IMG/VR virus record: IMGVR_UViG_3300020048_000106
Span: 1-64,000 of that record
DNA: 64,000 nucleotides
Strand: one strand, 5' to 3'
Origin: a virus
Taxonomy: Duplodnaviria > Caudoviricetes
The notes beneath the pieces were generated by a model. That model made no database searches. It had not been told where the DNA came from and saw nothing but the letters and a program-made list of their open reading frames with translations. Positions 45,434 to 57,400 of the stretch are shown here, in pieces. Every line of letters begins with the position of its first letter. The first letter of the stretch is position 1. A program made the translations under genes and the position numbers.

Positions 45434-48400
45434 TCAATTCAACGCTTTGGGTTGGGTGTCGAGGAACCACTTCCGCCACCGCTTCGCATTGGCACTGTCC
45501 TGGGCGGCGCGGCGGACCCGCTCTTGGTAATGCCGACCGCTCTCGTTGACGCCTTGGGGGGTCGTGTTGCCTTCCTCGATCGTCTGGAAGCGATCGCTTC
45601 GGAGCACGCCGCGGACGGCCAGGCGGACGTCCGGCTTGTCGCGGTTCTCATCGAGCCATGCCTTGAGGTCCGCATAGTCGGCTTCGTACTTGGTTGCGGC
45701 CGTCTCGTAGTCGCTGTTGGTGTCGGGGTTGGGTCGCCCGGCATGTGTCATGACCGTCTTGGCCAAGTCCTTGACGCGATTCTCGCGGTGGGCCTTGATT
45801 TCTTCTGCCTGCTCGGGCGTGACCAGATCGCGGTAGAAGTACGCTTCGGCCTTCGCCAGCTCTTCTTCGCCCCTTGCGTCGAGCGTGGCGCGGAACCGGA
45901 TCTCGTTCGGGAGGCTCAGCGTGCCCAACGGGTGGAGCATCTTGAGCGACTGCATGATCGTCTTGTCGGTCCCGCCAGCCGCCTTGTAATCCGCCTCGTA
46001 CTTCTTCGCCGCGCTCGTGTCCCCGAACCGTAACGCCTGCTTGTAGTAGTAGAGTGCTTCGTCTCGTGGCGTGATCGAATCGCGACTCATGCCGCCCCTC
46101 TGCGTGACACGCTGAATCTCATCGCGGGTGCGGAAGTATGCCGCCGACCCGCTCGAGATGGTTGACCACGCGAGGCTTTGAAGCCACTCCCCGGCTCCTT
46201 TGTTGGGACGCCCCATCACGATCTTGTAGGTGTTCCCCAGCCCGGCAGCCTGGAAGGTAAACTCGCCCATGTCGCGGATCGTCCGTGACTTGCGGACGTC
46301 AGGGAACGTGTCCTTGCCAGTCATCCACCCCATCGGCACCTTCACGGCCGGCGAGAGGGATTGGACGAACTTGTTGGTGGGCGACATCACCATCTCCTTG
46401 GCTACGTCCGACAGCGTCATGCGGCCGGTGGCAACCTGCATTGCCATCTTGTCCAGCGAGTCGAGCCCCAGCCAGTCCATGAAGTCTGTGGAAGTGCCAA
46501 GCCGGTCAAAGTACCGGACCGACCCGTCGGCATTGCGGCCGAGCGTCAGGTGCGGGCGATCCTTGATCTCATCGGGAAGTTCATCCTCTTCATCGGCGAA
46601 GGCGAGGTTGTTGATCGTGGTCAACACCGCCTGCGCACCGAACGCCAGCAAGTAGATCCGGCCCAGTCTGTAAGCCAGGTACGGGCTCTGGGCGACCGCG
46701 GTCACCCCCAACGCCTTAGCCAGCGTCCGGCCGGCGGCGGTCGCGGACTGCTCATGGTTTGCCAGGTTTGCGATCCCCCGCATGTAGGTGCGGAAGTTCA
46801 GCTCAGTGAACGACACGAACGGAAGACCGAACGCAGCGTCACGGAGCATTGCGCCGGCCGGCGAGAGGTCTCCATAGTCACCTAGAAGGTCCGCCGATAA
46901 CCGCATGGCCTTGCGGTCGATGTCGCGGATGCCGTCGATTTCGGCAGGGTTTGATCCCCCGTAGCTGATCGGCTTTCCGCCGTTTTCCTTGAGCTCCTTG
47001 CGGTAGGCCAGGAACGCGGAATATCGCAGGATCGATTCGCGGTAGTTGCTGAGCGCGCCGGCCTTCCGCCAGTACCCCGCCCACAGTTTTCCTGGAACCT
47101 TATCCCAGCCGCTTTCGTCCTCAAAGAACCGCTCGAACTCCTTGAGTGCGCTCAGGTCGCCCATCTCGTTAGGCAGGTGAAGCGACTGGGCGCCGCCGAG
47201 CTCCATCCACAACCGCACTTCCGGAGTGATCTTGTCGTGCTGCCGGTAGACGGCAAACAGCTCCTTCCCGGCCTGGATCATCAACGGCACGCTTGCCGCC
47301 TTGGGCATCAGGTTGACGACCTTGTCGATTTCCGACAGGCTCCGCAGGTTGTATTTAACGAACCGCTCGGGGCTGAGCAACGCGAACCGCTTGAAGTTGA
47401 AGGTGACGTTTCGTCTCCACCAACCACCAACCACCGCTGCCAAGCTGTTGCTCTGGATCTTGGACATTTCCTCCATTTGTGCCGCGATCTCTTTCGGCAC
47501 AACGATGGGCGTGTACTCATGCCCCATGACCAAGACTTCGCGCAGGACATCCGCCTGGATTCCCACCACGGCAGCATGGTTTGCCATCAGCTCGTTCGCA
47601 AGCTGCTCGGGGATCGTGTAGGCCTGGTACAACGCCCGGCCCGGACGAATCGCCGCGGACCGGTGGGTGTCGGGCATCACAGTTCGCCAGGTCTGGTAAT
47701 TCTTTTTCCCGATCGATTCCTCGATGAAGATTTCCTGCCGCTTGATCGCGCCGAGCAACCCATTCGCCATCTCGGCCGACGGGTCTTTCGGGTCGACGGA
47801 GATGCGACGAAGCTCCTTAAAGAACGACGCGGACGGCAGGGCAGCAAGCCATGGTTCCTCGTTCAGGATCGCGTTGCTCTTGATCGCGATGTCCTGACGG
47901 AACCCGAACAGTGGGTCGAGGTCGCGCAACTGCTGCGACCAGATTTTGCGATCTTCCGGGTCGGCCTGGGCTCGCATTTCGCGAAGGTAGAGAACGTGCT
48001 CGTACTGCTTCTTCCCGCCATAGAGCAAGTGCATGTTCTTGATCTTTGCCTTGCGTTCGAGTTCCGGCATCGTGTCGTACTCTGTGGTCAGCTTCGCCAA
48101 CGCCTCTGCCCGGATCGTGTCCGCGATCATCTGCGTTGCGACCTCCCACTCCGCCTGGACATAGTTCGCATTGATCGCCAGCGGGCTGCCGGTTTCGTGG
48201 CGCAGCCAGCCTCGCTGCATGTCGACCTGAGCGTCCTTGCTGCTGCCAGTCGTCGGCTCCTTCATGCGGTAATGCCACAGCACCTGATGGTGGAAGTAGT
48301 CTTCTTTTTTCAGTCGATCGGTCATGTCGATGCCGATCTGCTGGTGCCAGTAGATGTACGCCTCCTTCATCTCCCCATGCCACTTCTCGCGGAACTCGAG

Positions 48401-51400
48401 GGCGGCCTGGACCTTCGGGTTCTTCAGCACCTTGGCTTCGATCCGTGCAAGCTCGGCCTCGGCACGGGGGCGATCCAACTCGAACGGCAAAGCCCCCTCG
48501 CGGTTGCGGAAGTTGCGAAAGATAACGGCTCGCGAAAATAGGTCGTAATCCGCTGCGGACAACCCGCCGGTGGTGCGGCGCAACAGCTCTCCGGTCTTCC
48601 ACTTGGCGATTTCAACGGCGTCTTTCCAGACTCGCAGCAGAGATCGGCCTTCGCCGAACTGCTTCGTGCGTGGCAGGTGTTCCATTCCACCGCGACCGAA
48701 GTTCCTCGCGATAAAGTCAGGTGTGGCCTCCCATGTCTCCTTGATTCGCTCCCACATCCGCTTCCGGCTCAGCCCGCGGCGAGCCGACTCCCAGAACTTC
48801 TCGAGTGCCTTGTCGGGTCCGACGTGCGTGTTGACGTCTTCGGATTCAACCGCGTAGTCGTCAATGAGGTCCGTCGCCGACAGCACCTGACGCTTTGCCG
48901 AAGACAACGATCCCGTTTTATCGTTGTCGGGGGCGATGAACGCATCGACGCCAGGGGGCGGCGGCACGGCGCTGTCCTTTGCCGGCGGGATCACGTCACC
49001 CTGCCTGATTTGCTTCGCCATGCCTGACTCGGCCGGCGGTTTAGGTGTTGGTGGCGTGGGCGGACTCGGCGGGGTGGGTGGAGTCTTGGCGGCCGGTCCG
49101 AGTGATGCGCGAGAGACGCCCTGCGGAAGGGTTACCGATTCGATTGCGAACGAGTCAGCCAGGTTGCTCAGCGTCTGCCCCTGAGTGTCACCGAACGGGA
49201 TGAAGAACCGCGTCTTGTAGTCGATCATCCGCTGGAACCCGCCAGCGTTCTCGATCAGCTGCTTGCTGGAATAGTCGGCTCCATGGATCTCGATGTTGTC
49301 CTCGCCGTCGATCTTTCGCTTCTTGACCGTCCACCCGTTGTTCAGCGTGACGATCCCGCCTTCGTATGCGGCCTGCATCGCCTCCTTGGGCGAATACTGC
49401 AACGCGGCCTCGCCATCGCGCCGGACACCGAAGTTCTGCAGCGTGCGATCGATGTAGCGGTCGTCCATGATCCGGCCGAGGATCGTTTCCCCGTCCTGGG
49501 TCAAAGCCCGAACAACGCTGTGGCCGCCGATCACCTTCTTCCATACCGGAAGCAGGGCCCCGGTCAGCAGGTTCAGCGTTTCGTCGATCTCTTTGGGGGC
49601 GGCATTGAACTCGGCATCCCAGGCGTTCTTGGCGTCCAGTGGTGACTTGACGTCGCCCCGCGGCAGCGTCTCCCAGTATTTCGCGTTGTCGAGCTGTTCT
49701 AGGTTATGGCCGTACGACCTCCCCAAAACGCCAACGAAGGTCGCGTCGTGGGTCACCTTGCCATCTTTCGTTTGGGTGACCAGATTCCGGTCGATGACCA
49801 TAAACACCTTGCCCGTGGTCTTGCTGCGGACAAAGCTGTGGAGGGTGCCGGTGAACGTCGCTGCGGTGCGGATGGCTCCTTCATACGAAAGCGGCGATGT
49901 CTTCTTCGTGAGCGTCAACTGGACCCATTTGGTTTGGGCTCCGGTCGGGTGCTCGTACACCGTCTGCTCTGACGCCTTGACGATCTTCTCGGCCTTGACC
50001 GTCTCCATCCCCTGATCGAGCGTGCCGTCCTGAATCGCTTTTTCGACGATCGTGTCGAGCCGATTGGAGAACTCGCTGAACACAGTGGCTTGCTGCTTCG
50101 GCGGAAGGTTGAGCAACCGATTGAGGAATGACGTCATGTTGACGGCGTCGGGGCCGATAACACCAGGCGGCAGGTTGTCGAACCCCATGCGTGTCATTAG
50201 GAAGGCTCGGTCAATCCCTTCGATATTCCCTCTGTTTGCGTCTGTCAGGAACTGAGAGAGCGCGCGGACCGCCTCCGTGCTTTCAAGATTATCCTTGGCG
50301 TTGAATAGCCCCCCGTCGCCGGCATCTCGCTGGCCCTTGGTGAGTGCCCCGAGCTGGCCCAGTCGCCGGGCGATCGTGCTGATAAATCGCTTGTAGCCCT
50401 CAAGGCCGGGTTCGATCAGGTGAATCAGCGGGGCGGATGCCTGGTTCGACCGGTGACCTCGGCCGAGTCCTTGGATCGCAGTCGGGGCCTTCCATCCGGC
50501 TTGCCACAGGTAGTGCGAGCGTCGCTGCTGGTTCTTGTGCGACAAGCTGGCGTGATAGCTCGTGCCGGTTCCACCCGCCTCCGAGAAGATCAGGATTCGC
50601 TTGTCGCCACGCATGAAGGCGTTGCGATCCTTCTTGACCGCTCCCTTTGACCGCCGCTGTTCCATTAGCTTCTTGTCGCCATCGTAGGTCAGTCGCTTAT
50701 TGCGTCCGCTGATCTCGGCGACCATTTCCTCGCCGAAGTGGTCGATAATCATGTCGATCGGGCTCCGCGAAGCAACCTCGAGCGAGCCGACCTCTTGCAG
50801 CAATTTGTTCTTCATGGCGACCGCTTGCGGATCATGTACCGGCTTGCCGGCTGCATCCACTACGGGTCGCTCGCGAGTATTCCCGTTGTCGTCGGTGTAC
50901 TTTTCGTGCCGCTGTGTCGGGAATGATTTCTCGATCAGTTGCATAAGCCCGCGTCGTGGCGAGATGTCCAGGTCTTCAAACTCCTGGTCGTCTTTCCTGC
51001 CTGCGATCGCCCTTTCGGTTGCCGCGCCGTGCGTCGCCGTCAACTGAACCAGCACTGACCTGCCTTCTGCCAGGTCTTTTTCGATTCCCTTGATTAGCGC
51101 GGGGGCTGTCATGCCAGTGATAACGTCATTCCAGAATCTTTGGTTGGCACCCCAGAACGCGCTGATAATCCATTTCCGGCCCTTCGTGTTTTCGGTGAGA
51201 TCGAGAGCTGCATCGATCCGCTCAAGCACCTTGATCCAAGCCTCGGACAGTTTGTCGTAGATCCGCTCCTGGTCGGCCGTCAGCTCGTGGCGGACACGAT
51301 CGAACTCCACGCGACCTTCAGGCGTTCCGTCGTCGAACGACAGGTTGCGGGCGACGTACATCCCCATTGCCTTCATGTCGGCTGCGACCTTTTCCATGGC

Positions 51401-54400
51401 CGCCACACCGCCAGCCTCGATCTCGCTGATGAATGTCCGCTTGTCGGCAAACTGTGTCCCCTGCCCCCACAATCCAAGCCTGTCGGCGTATGCGAGGTTG
51501 ACCACTTCCGTGGCAGCCGTTGCAGACAGATAGACGACCCGGGCGTTCGGCAACTGCTTTTGGAGATCGACTGCGGCGAGGGCTCGCTGGGCTGCCGATT
51601 TCGCTGTTTGTCCATCTCCCGAGTCAAGGGAGTTGCCCATCATGTGAGATTCGTCGAAGATGACGACCCCGTCGAAGTCCTTGCCAACCCAGTCGACGAT
51701 CTGCTCGAGCCGCGACATGGTGTTGCCTTTGTCTTTGGCGGTCTTGCTGGCGCCAGTGCCCAGCGTGTCGTAGCCGAGCGCGACGATGCCCGATTCTAGT
51801 TCGATCTTGCTGCCGTTTTGGAATGACGACATCGGATGAAAGTCGGCCGGATCGCCTCCGACACCAACCCACTCGGCGACCGCGTCTCCGATCAGCGCGT
51901 CGTTTTTCGTGACGAACACCGCCTTGCGTCGCTTGTCGCCACGCTTAATGAAGTCGTCGTTGATGATGCCAAGTGCTTCGCGAGCCTTACCGACACCCGT
52001 GCCGTCACCGATCAGGAATCCTCGGCGTTCTCCGCTCGGTAGCATTTGGCTGTGGGCGTGGCCCGCGAGAGCAATTGCTTCGAGCTGAATGTCAGAGAGT
52101 CCAACGTAGGCTCCATCCTCGGTCACGTAGCCTTCGAACACGCCCGGGGCGACGTCAACCTCATAGTTGATCTTGGGCGAACTGACGGCAGCCATGGCGG
52201 CCGATTCGACGATGGGTGCCGGGTGCTTCTTCGCCCCCGCGACGACGACGCTCGGGGTGTAATCCTCGAACGTCGACTCGGTTAGCGCGGACGCCTTTGA
52301 CGCAGGTCTGGGCTGCGTGACCGCCTTGGCCTTGGTTACTCCTGTTCGAGGTACGCCCCCAGACTTTCGAGAAGGACCAGGAACGCTCCCTCTGGTCCTT
52401 TTCCCGCCACCGCCTCCGCCAGATTTTCGAGGCGCTCTTCCAGATTTCCGCCCTCCCATTTGGACGCGAGCATTGCCGCCTGCTGCTGGTGGGGCATCGT
52501 TGGCATCATCGCTACCACTTCGATTATCGTCTCTTCCCCCCCCCACATCTTCCCGATCCGGCCCCGTTTCGCCACTGGGATCTCGAGGTACATCATCAGG
52601 AACTGGGTCGCGTGCATTATCTCCGGGTTGATCTCCGCGTCCATCTTCATCAGAAGTCGTTTCGCGATCCGGTTGAGCGGGAGCTCGTTCAGTTGCTGGT
52701 CTTGCATCTCTTGCCTCCTGGGCCTTGTCAATCAGGTCGAATAGATCAGTCGCGGTCTGGTTGATCGTCTTACTGTCCCCACGCGGGACTTTGTCGATCA
52801 CCAGGACGCGAGTCGGGAACTCCGTGCCGTACCCGCGGTAAACGTCGCGGGCAACCTCGATGTTGGCCGTTACCCTGTGCGGCATGTCGGCCAGCCACCG
52901 TGTCATCCCGTCGCTCTGCTTGTGTAACCCGGCACTGACGATCGCCACCACCCGGCCACCTTCGGGAACGAGTGCCATCACTTCGGCGATGTGCTTGCGG
53001 TCCGTCCCCTGGATCATCGTGTCGCCCATCCGCTTGCCGGCGCGGCTGAACGGCGGGTTCATGAGCACGACGGTCGGCGGTGGCATCTTGTCGGCCAAGA
53101 TCGCACCAATCTGCTCGGCGTCCTCGGTGAACACCCCTTCCAAGTCTAGTTGCTGCAACCCCTCAGCACGAGATTCGCTCAGTTCGTTGACGTAAACGGT
53201 GGCTCCCGAGTTGGCGGCGTGAACCGCGATCCCGCCCATCCCGCCGCTCGGCTCGAGGACAACGTCGCCCTTGGTTGGGTTCGCAATCCAGGCGGTGACG
53301 TAGGCGTAGGCTGGGGGCGTCGAGAATTGCTGCATCGAGCTCTTTTCGCCCGTTCGCCCGCGTTGGCGCGGGACCAGCTCCATGATCTCCTGGATCCGCC
53401 TGACGGTCTCCTTGGCTTCATCTGCCGTCACGTTCGGGTCGGTCTTGCCCTGCAGGTACAGATTGACGCCCAGTTCGAGCGCATCGGTCGCCTCGGAATC
53501 GCCATAGTCCCCGCCGGCGCGACTGCCGCCGAACTCTTCGTTCGCCATGGCAAAGAACGATCCGGACGTCATGGCCGTGCCGGCCTCGAGTGCGTCCCGG
53601 ACCTTGGTCGCGAGCCGGGTTTGGGGGTCGCCCTGCTTTCCCTTCTGGTCGACCTTGGGCGACTGGGCGAAGAGAATGTCGCTTGTCTTGCCGACTGGGT
53701 CGGTGGTCAGCCCGAGCTTGATTGCCCGGCGCCACGCCGCTTCCAAATACACCCCCAGCTTCTGTGTGAGCTCCATGCCCGCCTTGTCGTACACGCCCTG
53801 CACGAAGCCAGCGAATGTAAGCCCCCGCTCTTTAATCATCGCCTTTGCGAGATTGATTGCGATCCCCATCAGCTCGGGGTCGGGCAGCGTTGAGCTCATC
53901 GATCGCTTGCTGGCGGCGGACAGCTCTTTGAGAAGCCGACTGACCTCCCTTCTCGCCTCTGCGGTCATTCGGTCCAGCGTGCCGAGGCTGACGTTGGGCG
54001 ATGACGACTGCTTGACCTGGATGACGGTGTTGTCGCCGACCTCCTTGATGCCTGTGACGGTGAACGTGCCGGCAGCGATGAACTCGTTTTCACCAGTAAC
54101 GGAACCGGTGAACTCCTGCGGCTCGGCGGTGCTGACCCTCGCCGCTTTCACGCCTGGCTCGATCTCGTAAAGCACCCCATCCGCAAACTTTTTAGCCACC
54201 TTGAGATTGGCGGTGATGCCATTGTTGGCCTTCTTGCCTCCAATCAGGATTTCGTCACCGACACGGACATTGCGATTGTCGACGCCCGCCGTGATTGTTC
54301 GATCGCCGCGGTACATCGTGACTTGAGACGGCTCTGCTTCGTTGACCTCATTGAGTAACAGCCAGGCTTTGAGATGCCGTTCGTGCTCGGTGATGTTGGC

Positions 54401-57400
54401 GTCGGGACCAGGCCGCTTGCCGTCGATTACGTTCTCCATCGCCCGGCGGAGGCTGTTCCCTGCGATTACGTCGTGCCTTGCGTCCTTCAGCAGCGACTCT
54501 CGCCCTTGCTTCTGGATGTTCGCGCGGATCCCCTCTGGGATCGCCTCGAGCATTGAATGGAATCCGACATCCGGGATCGGCATGTTGCCGGCGTTTCGAT
54601 TCCCGTACTCGACGATCTCGCGGACGAACACAGTGTTGCCAATCGAGATTGCGTCGTTGGCCAGGCTGACCTCCTGTCCCGTCTTCTTGTCATAGAAGAA
54701 CGGAGCCTTCGCTGGGTTCATTCCAATGGCGTGCCAGTTTTCGATGTCATCCGGGGTGTCCCTGGATGGGTCGAACTTGCCTTTGACAGTGGCGATGGGA
54801 TGCTTGTTCTTACCCTCGGCGATCCTCCCGGCGGCGTTTTCTTGGACGCTAAACCGGACGCTCCCGGACAATCTGGCGGCAGTGTCGTACCCGGCTACCG
54901 AGCCGACCTGATTGCCAGCGGTCCCCTTGTCTTCATGGATAGACACGACGTAGGTGCCGTGGTTCAGGAACGCCGGAATGTCGATCCTCAGCGCCACTGT
55001 TTGTCCGGGATTCAGTGATCTGGCAGCTCCGAACCGGTCTCGCTTGCCAGTGTCCAGTGCGGCCTTCGCGGCTTCGTCGGTCGGACGGTTCGCAAAGTCA
55101 CGGTTGTTGGTCGCTCCGACGGGGCGGAACCGCTCCCGCCTCTTGCCGCCGTACGACGCCAGGTCGCCACCGCTGTCTTCGGTCAACCCTTCGCCGTGTG
55201 CGACCTTCCACGCCATCTCGAGGTACGGCCGCAACCGGTCGATCACTTCTCTCGGGGCGCTGGCAAGTACGTGTTCGGCGAAGTCCACGAAGCGGTACGT
55301 GCCGGCTTCGATCTTGGCCTTCACGTAACGAATGGCGATGCTCGCCATCTCTGGGTCGACACCCATTCCCAGCCGGCCTCTGGCCTTAGACACGAGCTCG
55401 TCGAGTAGGGCTTCGGCCGTAGACTCTGCGGCTTTTGCCTTGTCTTTGGCTGATGGATTGCCAGCCCCATCTGCCCTGGGTGCCTTCGGGCTGATCTTGG
55501 CTCGCGGTGGTGCCGTTTCTTTGGCCTTGGCGTTGTACTCGTCGGTGTATCGCTGGACCTCTGATAGCTGCTCTGGCTCGCCCTCCATAGCCGCATACCC
55601 GCCGTCGCTCAATGACATGAGGTATTTGCCGTCTACAATGAAGCCACCGTCGATGATGTCCCACGACTCGAGCCCCGCGTTTTGCACCACGTCGTAGTGC
55701 ATGCTGGCTTTCGGGTCCGCATGGATTTTGCCGTCAGACGTCATGACCGCAAAGATTCGCTTTGACGGCTTGGCAGGTTCCGGCTTAGCCTTTGGTGGCG
55801 CGGGCGGAGGGGGCGGCGTGGAATCAACGTCGTCGTCGCTCCACATTTCGTCGGCCATCTTGTCCAGGTCGGCCTCGGACGGAGTGTCGCTGTCGCTTTC
55901 CGTCTCTGCTTCGGCCGCGGGCTCGACCGCCGACTCCTTGAACTGCAGGAATGGCACGTCGTAATCGATTGGCATAACAACCCCGACCGTCTCATCGCCA
56001 ACGCGGTAGAAGACGGGCGGTGGGTTTTTGCCTTTTTGGCGGACTACGTGTGGGATCGCCTTCGGGTGCATCTTCATCACGGTTTCGTGATAGTGAGCCT
56101 CGACGACCCACTGAGTGCCGCCGGTTCCACCGAGGATGTACTTGGCTTCGATCTCGCCCGACTTCTCTTTGGTGGTCCCGGCCGCCTCGTATTCGGCTTC
56201 ACCGAATGTCTCGCGATAGGCGACAATCTTGGCGGCTTCGGCATAGCCTGGCATGACCATGAAGTCCTCGAGCGTCTTTTTCGCCATTGCCGGGTAATCC
56301 GCTGGGATTCCCACCTTTGCGGCAGCAGCCTTAGCCCGGTCTTTGTCCGACAAGCGAACCAGTACATGGCCGTCAGTCAGTAGTCCATGTTCGCGAGCCG
56401 CACCGGCAAGCGCGGGGCCTGATTGCTTTTCCATCGCGGCCTTCATGACCTGAACGATGGTTCGACCCTTGCCAGTTCCGTGGGGCGGTTCGCCGTGAGT
56501 GAACGGAACCTGCTCGATGCGATCTCGCAAGGTCTGGACTCGCTTTTTCCATGCCGCCGAGTCCTTCTCACGCTGCTCCTTGGTGCGGCCTAAGTCCATG
56601 ACTTGGACCTCGCCGTCGGAGTCGATGCGGACCTTCGCCTCGATTTCCTTGCCGTCCGCGTCGGTGACCTTGAACTTTTTGGCTCGGTACGTCTTACCCC
56701 TGTTGCGAGCAACGCCTTCCGTTTCTTCTCCGTCCGCGATGTCATCGAAGGTGAGCGACTTCAGGTCTTCAAACGTCTTGGGCTGCTTCGGCTCTGGCTT
56801 CTTGCCGAATAGGTGCTCTTCGTCCTCGGCCGTCATTTCGGTCAGTTCGGGTTCCGCTTTGCTATCCACGACCTTCTTGACCGCGACTCGCGCGGATGGC
56901 ACGCGGAAGGTGCCGTCCTGGCCCTGTGGCTGCACTTCGACGACGTCCCCGCCATTCAGCACGCGGACCACCTTGCCGTCGTACTGGTCCTCGTTTTTCG
57001 ACCCTGGCTCGACGCTGACCTCGGTTCCGAACCATCGCGATTCGTCTTCCGTTGTGGACTTGGCCCACGGTGCGTCCGGTTTCGCCGCCTTGGGTTTGCC
57101 GAGGCTGACGGCCTGCTTTGGGTCGATTCTGTACTTGTGCCCTTTGCCGTCATTCTTCTCGATCGAGTATCCGCGATCGGACAATGCCTCAATCAACTGG
57201 GGCGTGCTCGCTTGTGGCACACCGATGTACACGCTCCCCACTCCGTTCGAGAACAGGTTCTCAATCAATCGCTCATTGAGTGCAATCTCTCCTGGTGTGT
57301 ATTTCCGGCCCTGTGTGGCAAGAACAACGCCTTCAGGATCGGTCACAAACGAGGCGATCGCCTGATCCCCACTCGCCCTGTCGATCAGCGATAAGTGTCG

